Source of the DNA: Lama glama
Lineage: Eukaryota
Direction: 5' to 3'
NCBI GenBank assembly: GCA_028534125.1
Contig: CM052821.1
Coordinates: forward strand, 6,386,001-6,450,000
DNA: 64,000 nucleotides
Notes under the pieces: model-generated
The model's database searches: none
What the model saw: the letters and a program-made list of their open reading frames with translations, nothing else
What the model was told of the DNA's origin: nothing
Program-made: the position numbers and the translations under genes
Shown here: positions 14,119 through 25,800 of the stretch, piece after piece
Layout of the letters: each line of letters starts with the position of its first letter
Position numbering within the stretch: position 1 is the first letter of the stretch

Positions 14119-15505
14119 TCACTCAATGACAACCTTAACTCACAGTCTCTCAAAGAAAAGCCCAGTGATCCCTCATTAGAAAGACAGAAGCCAAGGAGCA
14201 GAAGTAGGACGTGAGGGGAAGGACAGACCAGACCGGCCTGCTTCTCCCTCTCTCCTCTGAGAAGCAGGTGGGACCACCTGGTCCAGTACCTCTGCCTGTC
14301 CCCGCCATGGGGTGTGGTGGCCGCACACTCCTCCTAGTACAGCCGAGACCCTAAAGCACCTTTCCATCTGCGGGCCAACCCAGAGGGTAAGGAAGCCTCT
14401 CTCAAGTCCTAAACTGCCCATCAAGGAAGGAGACTCTTCTTCATGGACAAACCAAGCTCACATGACCCCGCTGACAGTAACGCTGGCTACCACTTCTATA
14501 AGCTTTCTGCATGACGGCCTCAGGCACTTGGCTCATTTAATCCTCCCAGTGTATACGCCCTATGAAGTGGGTATAATTATCATTCCAATTTTACACACAG
14601 TGAATCTGAGGCCCAGAGGAGTGGCGTAACTTGCCCAAGGTCACACCCTTGCTGGGTGGTAGAGCCTGGCTCCAGAGTGTGTGCTCTTAACCACTATGCT
14701 CCACGCGCCTCTCACGGGCATCTGGAGGACAGAGGGCTGAGAACCGCTGCCTCCTTTGCAGGGGGATGGGAAGCTCTCTCCAAGCTCCAAGGGACCGGGG
14801 GGCTGGGGAGTGGGCAATACTGTGGCCTGGGAGAGGGGTCACCCCCTGCAAGGAGCGTGCAGTGCCCAGCACAAGGTAGGGGCTCTCTCAACTCATGTGG
14901 ACTGGAAGTCAGACAGACAACCCTCCATCTCTGTCTGACCCCAGGCAGGGCACCTTAAAAGAAATTCCCTTGGTTACTTGAAAATCTAAAATGACACATT
15001 CACTGAAACAGTGAAACACTGAAACCTCAAATGAAGATAAAATTAAAAACCACACCCCTGGTCCCACCTTCTGAGGCGACCAACCTTAGCAGCCTGGTGT
15101 GCCCCTTCCACCTTCTCTGCACCCACACAGGCACACACAAACACGCACCAAGCTCCCCAAGGGATGCTCTCTGGGAGTTTCATATGGGAAAGGCCCAAGT
15201 AGAAGCAGAGGAAAAGAGAAGGTGTCAGCAGAGAGGGCTGTGGAGTCAGAGACAGGGTCAAGAGCACAGGGGCAATGATCGCCCAGGAGACCTGGCCGCC
15301 AAGGCCTCCTGCTCTCCTTCTTCCTCAGTATTTTTACAAGGCCCCCTCGCTGCCCCCCACCAAGCTCTCCCCACCCAGAGGAGCTCTGAATGCACCTTCC
15401 TGAAAGAACCTGACCTGCACACCCAGGAAGGGGAAGTTGGTCTGACAGCCAGCCAGGGGGACAGCACCCAGGGAACACCCGCAGCCCACCATTCCACCCC
15501 CTTAC

Positions 15506-15757
15506 CCTGAACTCCCCGACGACCTTGCGCAGGGCGCGGTCCAGCTCCTCAGAGGAGACACGCACGTAGGTGAAGTCGATAAAGTCGCAGTCAACATCCT
15601 GGGTGCCCACGGTGCCAATGGAGTAGGTGCCCTCCTTCTTGTAGTGGAACTTGCCTGTGCTGCGGTGCAGAAGCACTGTGTGCAGCACGGCCAGCATGGC
15701 CTCCTCCACCTGCCGCCCCTCCACCGACACCTCCAGCACCTCCGAGCGACAGTTCAT
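15506..15757 (-). CDS. ATG101: ATG101 first coding exon (codons 1-84, HORMA domain)
   Basis: ATG at 15757: [84 protein letters not shown]. Donor AGG|GTAAG at 15506/15505. Confidence 0.97.
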
Positions 15758-16654
15758 CTTGTAGCCAGTGGCCCACACTGGGATGGGGACGAGAGTAAAG
15801 ACGAGGGAGCTTCACCCCACCCAGGGGCCACCCTGCAAGAGGAGCCAGGTCAGAATGCCAACACCTTCTGAACAACCTGTGTGTTGCCTGTTCACTCCCC
15901 TCCAGGCCCGGCCCCGCCTCACCTCACCCCCACACCCTTCTCTGCGCTGCAGCAGCACGTGCCAGCCAACAATCAACAATCCTAGACTCTCGGGGTCAGA
16001 TAGGAGAGCTTCGATTTTAGTACATGTGCTGCCAAAGTAAGCATGGAGGAGAGCTTCAAAGTTATCAATTCAAACAACCAGCCAGGGCTTGAATTCTGTG
16101 ACGGTATTCAGTGCATTTTACAGCACCTGCACACCATGCAACACCTGTCAGCTTCTACCCTTAAGACTCCAGGATAGAGGAGAGATAGGCAGGTAAACAT
16201 TACCAGAGTGGTGAGACTACACAGTGGGACTAAGAAGAAAAGGAAGATTGGAATTTGATTCCCTGGGACCCTGAATGACCAGATTAAGGCATTTGGACTC
16301 TGTCCTGCAGGCAGTGAAGGGTCAGTGCATCACTGTCCAAGATCAAATTTGTGCATCCAAAAATTAACTCTGGCTGATGGGCAAAGAATAACTCTTCACG
16401 ATTTTGGGGTCACAAACTGCTTTGAGAAGTCAGGAAAAGCTAAGAAGACTAGACTTTAACATCTGACTGACACATGTACATACCAAATCTCGCACATTTC
16501 CAGGGCCATTCACAGGCTCTTGCTAAAAATTTGTCAATCTAAGATAGAAAGGGCTGGGCAAGGAATTCAGTGAGAGGCCCCTACAGTAGTGACCATTATC
16601 GAGATGGCACAGTGGGTTGTGGGAGAGTGAAGTGCAGAGTGTGGGGGTTTTCTC

Positions 16655-17060
16655 GTCCAACCGTGCTGGGTTTGAATCCAGGCTCCCCTACATCTTGCTC
16701 TGTGACCTTAAGCAAATCTCTCAACCTCTCTAAGTCTATTTTCTTATCTATAAATTTGGATCGCTATGAGGGTTAAATAAAATAACACATGTAAAACACA
16801 GTGGAATAGGGGTTAAGAGCAGTGACTTGAAAGCCAGACAGCCTGGGTTGGAACTCCACCTCTGCCAACTGCTCACTGTGTGATCTTCGGCAAGCTGCCT
16901 AATCCCCACATGTCTCAGTTTCCCTAGTCTATAAAAAGGGGATGTTAACAATAGCTACCTTGAAAGGGTCATCTGGAGGATGGGATGAATTACATCTGTA
17001 AAGCACTTAAAGCAATTCCTGACAAGCAGTAAACACTCAGTATTAGCTGCTATAATTATG
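16655..17060. mobile_element. MIR SINE fragments (representative; similar at ~14480-14700, 25430-25680, 46230-46440, 55070-55270)
   Basis: MIR core motifs GGGTTTGAATCC.GGCTC, TGTGACCTT..GCAA, CTCAGTTTCC....TATAAAA, TGTAAAGCACTTA. Confidence 0.65.
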
Positions 17061-17349
17061 ACATCTTTTTTGCTGAGAGATGATGCAAGGCTACAGGACA
17101 GGACTGGTGGAGAGAGTGAGAAGGAAATAATAGACTTAAGAATCAGACCTTCAAAAGTAACTAAGTATGAGCCCAGAGGGAGAGGGTTCAGCTAACACAC
17201 CTCCTCTGACAGAGAATTCACTACCTCTCACAGCAGGCCACTCCATCTTTAAACAGCTCAATTCAGTTATCCTTTTTACTGAAGGAATCTGTCTCTTAGT
17301 GCTTCAAAACATTAGTCTTAGTTTTGCTTTCAAGAGTCACACAAAATAA

Positions 17350-17476
17350 GGGGGAAGAGTATATATAGCCTAGTGGAAGAGTGCGTGCTTAGCATACGTT
17401 CAATCCCCAGTACCTCCATTAAAACAAAGAAGTAAATACATAAACCTAATTACCTCCCCCCAAAACAAACAAAAAA
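17350..17476 (+). mobile_element. tRNA-derived SINE, internally deleted
   Basis: Same family: ...AGTGGAAGAGTGCGTGCTTAGCATA[deletion]GTTCAATCCCCAGTACCTCCA...AAACCTAATTACCTCCCCC. Imperfect TSD AGTCACA..AATAA. Confidence 0.75.
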
Positions 17477-18397
17477 GTCACAAAGAATAAATCTCATCTC
17501 TTTTCCATAAACAAGCCTTTCAGATAGTTAGAGGCAACTTTTCCATCACCCCCTTACCTCTTCTACTGGTTAAGAGTCTCCAGTCCCCATAAACATGCCA
17601 GCTTGACATCACATCTTATCTCCTCAGGATCTGGCAGCTCTCTTGGAAGTGTATTTGTTTGTCTCTGTGCCCCTAAACACAGGGCAACTGTCCTCAGATT
17701 GCTCAGAAATCAAGCTGGCTCTGCCTGTCACTTGGCAATCGGCCCAGAGCTACCTGTACTATCAGTTAGCTTTTCACAGATGTTACTCTTGTCCAGGCTC
17801 TCCAACTAGGCAGACAAGCCCTTGAGGGCAGGGAGCGTATCCTATTCATTGCTGGAATCTCAGTACCTGGTTCCTAGTACAAAGTAACTGCTCAATTCAT
17901 CCTGACCCAGGAATGGTTGCTGGATTGGTTTCTCCTACACCCTTAGGCTGAGCAGGGCGCTCTTGCTCATTTCTGCCCTCTAGTTAAACTCAATCTAGCT
18001 GTTTCCCATCTAAAAACTTCTAGCTCTGGTCCGGCTCCCCTTTCTTCCACAACTTTCCCCTCTCGTGTCCCAGTAATTCCCAAACAAGCCATACATCTCT
18101 TCACTTTTGCCCCAAACCCAGGCTCTTCCCTCATTCTCAGCGCTATGCTAGACTCCACTACTCCAAGAAGTCAGTACTAACCAAATCCAGCCTCCTTCCC
18201 AACGCAGCCATCTTTGGTCTGTGATGAGTTTATCTGCTCCCTCACGCCCGCCCCCGATGAGCAGGGGAATTCTCCGAGGCAGGGCCTGGGCAGTCTCGTC
18301 CCTTTGGTCCCCCCAAGGCCCAGGTCTGCAGAGCACAGGAGCAGAGGCTGACGCCTTCTCTGAGCCAGGCTGGAGCCCAGAGCACCCCCATTCTCAC

Positions 18398-18537
18398 CTT
18401 ACGAGGGCAGGCTGGAGCGCCGGTCACTCAGGCTGGATCTCGCCCTTCCTCCTCCTCACGCCCAGCTACGCCCTCCGCAGGTGCGATCCCCGCAGGTACG
18501 CCAACCTCCGCGTGTGCGATGAACCGCAAGAGATGAG
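18398..18537 (-). other. ATG101: ATG101 non-coding 5'UTR exon 2 (predicted)
   Basis: Acceptor TTTGTGTTTTTGGTTTCAG| at 18538 and donor AAG|GTGAGA at 18398/18397; 140 nt within the CpG island. Confidence 0.7.
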
Positions 18538-19000
18538 CTGAAACCAAAAACACAAAGTTATTCGGCTCCGCATCAAGAGACCCCGGCGGGACGAAGGAAG
18601 GACTTCCCGCCCGGGTCGGGTTTCTCCTACCGCGGCTCCCCGCGAACCTCCACGGTGCCAGGACGCGGGAGGAGCGGACTCCTCCAGGTCTCGGAAGCGG
18701 CGCCCCGCGCCCGGCCTGGCAGGGCCCAGGAGCTCGAGGCGCGCCCGCCCTCGCACGGAAAAAGGGGGCAAGCGGCCAGAACGGACCCCTACCTGCCGGA
18801 ATCCCGGTCCGGGACCCGCGGGCCACGAAGCCACCCTCCCGGCAGGCGCCAGATCCCCTTGGCAGGAGGCGGTGCCGGCGCCGGAAGACCTGCCCGCCTC
18901 AGCGAGCCCGGCCGGTCCCACCGCCCCATGGGCCTCCGGCGGGGGCGCCGGCACGGCTGGCCGAGCCCTGACACCAGTGCGGCCGCCCAAGTCGTCTTAC

Positions 19001-19190
19001 CGCCACACAAGCGGAAAAACAGAGCCCTATGCTGCTTTATAGTTTGAATGATGCCTTTTTCTTGACTATCTTTCGGATTTTAAGATTTGATGGTGAGAAA
19101 TATCCCCCTCAAGTGGACGAATCCATTAACTCCCATCACCGAGAATGTTGTTGTGTTTCGGCCGGAACAACTCACTTCCGCCATAGAGAT
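19001..19190 (-). promoter_or_regulatory. ATG101: ATG101 core promoter / exon 1 (CpG island ~18400-19280)
   Basis: YY1/ETS composite ATGGCGGAAGTG at 19184-19173, second ETS core CCGGAA at ~19162, donor GCG|GTAAG at 19001/19000. Confidence 0.65.
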
Positions 19191-19693
19191 GAGGGAAGGA
19201 GAGGCCTGATGGGCTCTGTGCTGCCTCCCTAAGGCTGAGAGGAGTCATCGGCGGCGAGCCACTCCTGGGACGGAGACGTGGTCCCCTACTCTGGACTCAG
19301 AGGCCTGGAAGGGGCACCGATCCCCTAAGATGAAGGGCATGTCATTCGGAGAGGTGCCCTGGAGATGAGCTTAGGCCAGTGTTCTGTGCATTATGCTGAG
19401 TGGTCGGCAAAACTTTAGCTTGTTCAATATGCGTAATAGACAAGATCCCTGGCCGGAAAAAGATGCTGGATAAAGGGTCGTAAATTTACTGTGTTATCTT
19501 CACACAGGAGCACTTCTTGGTGCTCTGCCATGACCGATCTGGTGACAATTCTTGTAAAGCTTGTGATTCTGCCATTGCCTCTGTATCTCTTGACGTCATT
19601 CATCTGTTCTGATTTCCTCCTCTATAAATGGGAAGCTGTTGCGAGGATCACAAGAGATAATTCATTGAAAAGCCTTTGTGAATTGTAAACTGG

Positions 19694-19797
19694 TTTTTTT
19701 TTTGTTTGTTTGTATGTTTTTAACGGAGATACTGAGGATTGAACGCAGGACCTCGTGCATGCTAAGCACAGGCACTCTAACCCATCCCTCCACCCCC
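19694..19797 (-). mobile_element. tRNA-derived SINE (minus strand)
   Basis: Poly-T head followed by GATACTGAGGATTGAACGCAGGACCTCGTGCATGCTAAGCAC, the reverse complement of the same SINE body. Confidence 0.8.
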
Positions 19798-21003
19798 AAA
19801 TTGTTATACAAATATGAGTGTATATTTGTACAAATATGAGTACATATTTGTGCTGTGTAACTTTCTGGGAGCATATTTGGTTCTCCATGTAGACTATAAG
19901 CCCAGGGCAGCCAAGGATTTGTCAGTTTCTCTGTTAATGCCCAGAGTTTGGCATGCCCCAACACCAACAGGAGACACTCCTGTGTTGTTTACTTGCAGAT
20001 TAAGATGCTCATTTTCCTAACACACACTTCCTCTCCCAAAATCATAATAGATAACATTTACTGAGTGGACTGGAAAGGGCATGATTCTATGTGCTTTATG
20101 TATATTAATTAATTTAAGCCTAATACCAATCAATCCTACAAGGTAGATAAAGAAATTGACACTGAGAGATTGCACAAGATCACTCAGTAAGTGGTAGAGG
20201 CTGGGGCTCAAATACAGGATTCCTTACCATGACAGAAGTTCTCTTTCTGGTTTCCTCACCCTCACCCTCCCCACCCAACACCTACTCTCTGGTGGGGAAG
20301 TGCCACTTTTTTACTGTGTCCAATTTCCAGCTACAGGATGATTACTGAATGCAGAGTCCAGAATGAATGAAGGATTACATTTTGATCATCAGAGGTACAG
20401 ACGGGTGTCAAATACCAGTACTGGGTGACCCCAGCATATCCCTATCACCCACCCACCATTTAGGCATCCCCTCTCCCACCCAGTTCTTCCAAAACCCCTA
20501 CACAATCCCTTCTTCCACCAGGCTACACACCCTCCCATCTGTTCCCAACCTCTTCTTTCCTCCCCATAGTTCCACCCTTGTGCAGCCCTGGTCTCTGGTT
20601 CATCTCTGACCCAGTTGTAGGTACCTCTCCCCAGGCAGAGTACCTCCAGGCCTGAGGGAGGAAGAAGCTGCCTGCCTTACAGACCAGCATCCTTTTCTGG
20701 AGCCTGGACTAAACCAGAAGGGAATCAAGATAAAATATTGAGAGGGTAAGATCTGTAAGGAGTCAAAGGAGAGGGACCCAGAGAGGTTAAAACCAGCCCT
20801 GGAGAGGGAGGAAACAGCCCAGCTCCCAGTGAGTGCCAGTGAGAGAAGGGAGTGTCTGACCTCTCTCTGTCCCCTGAGGCACAACACCTGCACTTCACAT
20901 GTATTAGTGAGTTGATTCCTCCAACTGACCTTTGACAGTAAATACAGTTTGCCCCCAATTTAGAGATAATGAAACCGAAGCTCAGTGATATGTAGTGATG
21001 TGC

Positions 21004-21470
21004 TGTAGTGGTTCATTTTATACATCAACTTGACTGTGCCACAAAAGTACCCAGGCATTTGGTCAAACATGATTCTGAGTGATGTCTGGAAGGGTGTTTC
21101 TGGAAGAGATTAACACTTGAATCATAGACATAGTAAAGCAGATTGCCTTCCCTAGTGAGGGCAGCCCCCTCCAATCAGTTGAAGGCCTGAATAGAAGAAA
21201 AAGTTCTGACTCTGACTGCTTTCAAATTGAGATATCAGCTTTTTCCTGCCTTCAGACTTGAACTGAAACAACTGCTCCTCCTGGGCCTCGAGCCTGCCTG
21301 GTGGCATTTGGAACCACACCATCAGCCCTCTGGGACCTCTGGCTTGCTGACTGCAGATCTTGGGATCTGACAGCTTCCACAATCACATAGGCTATATCCT
21401 CATAATAAATCTCTTTCTGTATATATAATTCCAATTGGTTCTATTTCTCCAGAGAACCCTGACTAGTACA
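21004..21470 (+). mobile_element. Solo ERVL LTR (MLT2-like), nested in a MIR
   Basis: TG...CA ends; start TGTAGTGGTTCATTTTATACATCAACTTGACT, end TTGGTTCTATTTCTCCAGAGAACCCTGACTAGTACA, AATAAA near the 3' end. MIR-like sequence resumes on both flanks. Confidence 0.7.
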
Positions 21471-21760
21471 CTTGCCAAGACCACATGGCTACTCTTTCCC
21501 CCTTCTGCCAATCCTTTTATCCACTCTCCTCCCTCCAAAACCTCTCCCTGTCCATGGAGCCTTTCCTGCCTGAGGGTGAGGCTGATCTCTCTCATCTCCC
21601 TTATCTGGGGCCCAGATGCTGGCCAATCCTTGCCTCTCCATGCCCCCCTGAATCCTTACAGGGCCATTCTCATTGCAACTCTGACCCTGAGTTCTACACC
21701 CATCTGGGTGGTCCTGTCAGGGAGGGAGGGTCTTGGCCAAAAAAAAAAAAAAAGAGGCTG

Positions 21761-21928
21761 AAACAACAAGGTCCTACCGTGTAGCACAGGAAACTATATT
21801 CAATAGCTTGTAATAACCCATAATGAAAAAGAATATGAAGAAAATGTATATGTATAACTGAATCGCTATGCCGTATACTAGAAACTAACACAACATCGTA
21901 AATCAATGATATTTCAATGTTTTTTAAA
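21761..21928 (+). mobile_element. 5'-truncated LINE-1 3'UTR fragment (artiodactyl type)
   Basis: AACAACAAGGTCCTAC.GT.TAGCACAGG.AACTATATTCAATA.CTTGTAATAACC.ATAATG...GTAAATCAA. Flanking GAGGCTG repeat. Confidence 0.8.
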
Positions 21929-22762
21929 TGAGGCTGTGTGGAATGAATTCTCCCATCCTGTGCCACTACTCATGATGACCAAGATGTAATCATTCATTCA
22001 TGTCACACGTGTGTAGTTGTCTGCATGCCAGGCCTGTGTCCTACCAAGGTGGACAAGCCACAGTCTGGCCCTCTGGGAGCTCAGAGTCTCACACAGGAGA
22101 TGGGCCGGCAAGAAAACATGATAAATGGTATGGAGAATGGCAGCAGGTTTTGCAGGGGCCAAAGGGGGCCAGGATGGAAGGGACGGCTGTCATCCCGGAG
22201 AGATGCCAGTGGCCTGGAATAGAAAGCGACACATTCAGAGTGAAGAGGAGCCCCAAGGCCTGCTCTCAGCAAGGTAGGCGGTGACTGGGCACCAGCAGAA
22301 AACCGGGACTGCTGCAGAAAGCACAAGACTCCAACCTGCGGAGATGGACAGGAAGGGGGGCTGGCGATTCCAGGAAGAAGTGGAGCTTCAGGGAATTATT
22401 CTGGGGAGGCTTTCTGGAAAGGGGAAAGAAAAGAGCTGGAGGGAGAGGTCTCATTGAGGGCTGAGGGTGGATACTGGGAGTTCTGAGGCAGGAGAGGCCA
22501 GGACGGATGGAGCTGACTTCATCCAAAGCCATGGCCAGCCAGGCAGGCAAGGCAACCAGCGAAGGCCCTCTGAGGCCTGCCTGCAGCGAAGGCCTTTGGA
22601 GGGAACTTGAAGGCCAACCCAAGACCTTGGGAGTAGGCAGCTGGCTTTGCATAGTGAATGTGGCCTCGGATGGCCCCACCCCATCCTAGTGTGCCCAGGG
22701 GAGAGCTGAGCCCTGAAGCTGGCCCTGCAGGCCACCCCCAGCCGCTCCAGGGCTGACCCCAG

Positions 22763-22822
22763 TGCGTCACAGGGAGTGACTCAAGCCCCAGCAGCAACAA
22801 TGAGTAGGCCTGACGTCAGGCC
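22763..22822. promoter_or_regulatory. Clustered bZIP enhancer module (CRE-like, AP-1, full CRE)
   Basis: TGCGTCA 22763-22769, TGACTCA 22777-22783, TGACGTCA 22811-22818. Confidence 0.6.
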
Positions 22823-25800
22823 GGGGGCTCCTGACAGCGGCCAGCTTGGCTGGGTCACCGGCACCCTGCCTGCTGACCCTCTCACCCGAACCAGGCACTG
22901 GGGGTGGTGAGGACCAGCTGATCCCTTCTGACATCTGCCCCCTGGAATCCTGGGCAGGGGCTCCTCCACCTCTCATCCTTTCTGGGATGTCACTCCCAGC
23001 CTCCCCCCACCCCATCTCCAAGGCAGAGGAAATGGCTGGGCGGACGAGAGAGTGGCAGAGAGCGTGAGAAAGAGGTGCCTCCCAGCCATCAGGCAGCCTC
23101 TAGACCTGGACTGGGCGGGAGGTGGCATATCTGCTGCCTGTCCCCCTGGAATACACGGGGCTCTGTCCTTCCACGTTGGGGAAGGGTGGTGTGTCACTTT
23201 CTCTGAGAAGATCTACGCGTTTGTCTCTCTGGCCAAGTTGGGGTGGGGCTTTATTTCTGTGTCTGTCCCGGGGGGAAGAAAGGGTCAATCTCTCCTTCCT
23301 GCAAGGTCTGAGTCTCTGTTCCTCTGGATGGTGTGTGAGTGTCTGTTGTTCTTTGGGGCAGAGGATTCTGCGTGACTCTCCTTGCTAAAGGAGAGGGCTA
23401 TTTACCCCACCCCTAGTGAGGGAGTCTCTCCACCTACTCCTGGGGGGCTGCTTTTCTGTCCTCAGTTTCCTGTCGGGCGGGGATCACCTCTGTATCTATC
23501 CTCATGGTATCCCAGTTACCTGGGTTGGGGTCCAGGTCTCCTGCTTGGTCTCCCCCAAGGCTGGCCTCCCTGGGTGGGAGCCTTTCCCGCTGATGTGCCT
23601 GGACTAGGGCAGCAACAGTCAGCACCCGGCCCGGCTCACAGTTGGGCACTGCTCCCTGCTAACGCAGCATGTCCTGGGACAGGCCCCCCCCCGCACTCCC
23701 CTCCCCGGCCCAGCTGCCACCCCCAGCCCCCACAGCCATGCCGGCATGATTTATGGTCCTGAGCCAGCACCTGGGTGAGACCTTGAAGAGACCTCAAATG
23801 GCTCCCCACCAGCCTAGCAGGGTCAGGGCCCAGCAGAAGGCAAAGGGGAGCTACGGCAGTGGGCAGGACGACTGCAGCATGGGCTTAGGGGTAGGGGGGC
23901 TGGAGGTAGACGTCAAGGCCAGAGCCCCCAGGGCCCCATTGCCCTCAGGCAGCTCTGAGTCCAGCTGGGGACCCTGGAATGCACCAAACGTACCTCCTGC
24001 CCTCAGAATGTCCCCAGCTGGGTGGGGAAGGACATACTGGGGGAGTAGAGGAGGGTTTCCTCAGCCTTGCACTGGGTCCTCCCTGCCCTTACCACCGCGG
24101 GCTAGAGGCTTCTGAGTCGAGTCCCACCACGCAGTCTCGGCCTTAACCAAACAGCCCCCAGCCTGGGGCCAGGGCAAGGCTGGCAGCAGCCTGAGCCTGG
24201 AGTGGGTTGGAGCAGAGCTTGGGACCATTCTGGCTGTTCCAGGGAGCACAGAGCAGCTGCCGGCCGTGATGTGGGGCTTCAAGGCCAGGCCCGACAGGGG
24301 TAGCAAGATGGATGGACTGAGGCTCACCTCTTCAGCCTCATGTGCTGAGAAGGCCCAGCCGTCCTGGGCTCACTGCTAAAGTCAGGGGCTTGGTGGGTCT
24401 AGGGCTCATCCAGATTTAAGCTAAAACACCATGGGAATTCCCAGGCCCAGCTCTCACACGAGGGGGACCCAGCCCTGCCCTCAACCACAACAGGTCCAAC
24501 AAAGCTATCCCATGGACATGGAAGGACATCACCATGGACTGTCCACCACCACACAGTGGCCTCCCACCTCGGACAGGCTCTCTCACAGGCTCCCCTCTGC
24601 AGCCAGAGCTGGCTACCACACAGCCCAGTGCACTGGACACCCAGAACCAACCGTAAGTCTCAATTATCAGGTGGTTGCCTGTGCCCTTCAGAAGCTTTTC
24701 TCCGCCTCCTTGAGGCCGACCCAGGCCACGTCCTTCCATAACCACGTCCAGGTGTGGGGCAGCTTCCTCTGTCCCAGGGCCCAAGGAAGGGCCATCAGGC
24801 ACAGACCCCTGGGGTGTAGAGCTCCCACTCAGACCCTAGACCTCAGAGCCACCATCCCCAGTCACAGTAGCACCTCCGGGCTGGGCCTCTGGGCCTGGAC
24901 CTAGCGTGGGTGGGGTTGGGGAGAGACAGGGAGTCAGGCTTCCTGGGTCTCCTGTGAAGACAAACAGCGGGCTTTGAGGCCTTGGAAAATCCCGCCCGGG
25001 ATTCCAGGCTCTGCCGGCGTCACTGCCTTTTGACTATTGTCCCCGACGGAAACGGCCCAGCCCCCGGGCCGCAGGGACAGAGCCGCCATTGTGAGGCCCC
25101 ACCAGGCTCAATGCCCCCTTGTTCGCCCTCCCGGCCCCTAGCAAGACTCGAAGGCCAGTTCTTCCAGTTGAAAAGAAAGGGCCTGCCTCCAGGTTTCAGC
25201 CCTTGGGTGGGGCAGGGCGGTACTGGAGAAATCAGCCCCCCAACCCTGTACCCCAATAGCCAGGGTCCTGGAGAGGAGCCACCATGCATGGAGTGTCTTT
25301 TATTTACAAGACCCTGGACAGGGATACCTGATGGTAAGTAGTTAGACACACCCAGTTCAGCCACTTAGAAGTCAAGTGACCTTGGGAAAGTCATTTCCTT
25401 TCCACTGAAATAAATTCTCCTCTTTGGTGAAAACAATAGCTGTTATTTATCGAGTGCTTGCTACATGGCAGGCACTGTTGGAAACACTTTGTATACATTC
25501 ATTAATGTGGTCACTGTAGTAACTTTGTGATATAGGTACCACTATTTTCCCCATTTATAGACAAAGACACTGAGGCACAGAAAGGTTAAGTAACGTACCC
25601 CTGATTCCACAGCCAGTAAGAGCTGGAGCCAAGATTTAATGCCAGGCAGTCTGGTTGTCGAGTCCTTGCTCTCTGCCACTCTGCTGTGTTGCCCGCCTGG
25701 AAAGTGGGGTAATCATGCTTTCCTCATATGGTGGTGTTGAGGGCTGGGAGTAACAAGCATCATATGAAAACAACCTAGTGGGTGATGGGGCATGATATGT

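Noticed and set aside
13449-14179. Long ORFs full of X (also at 27.2, 35.2, 37.1 and 60.2-60.9 kb)
   Set aside because: Artefacts of translating through N gaps.
13331-15757. ATG101 appearing truncated or pseudogenised
   Set aside because: The missing 39 codons fall exactly in the 500-N gap; both visible parts are intact and in phase.
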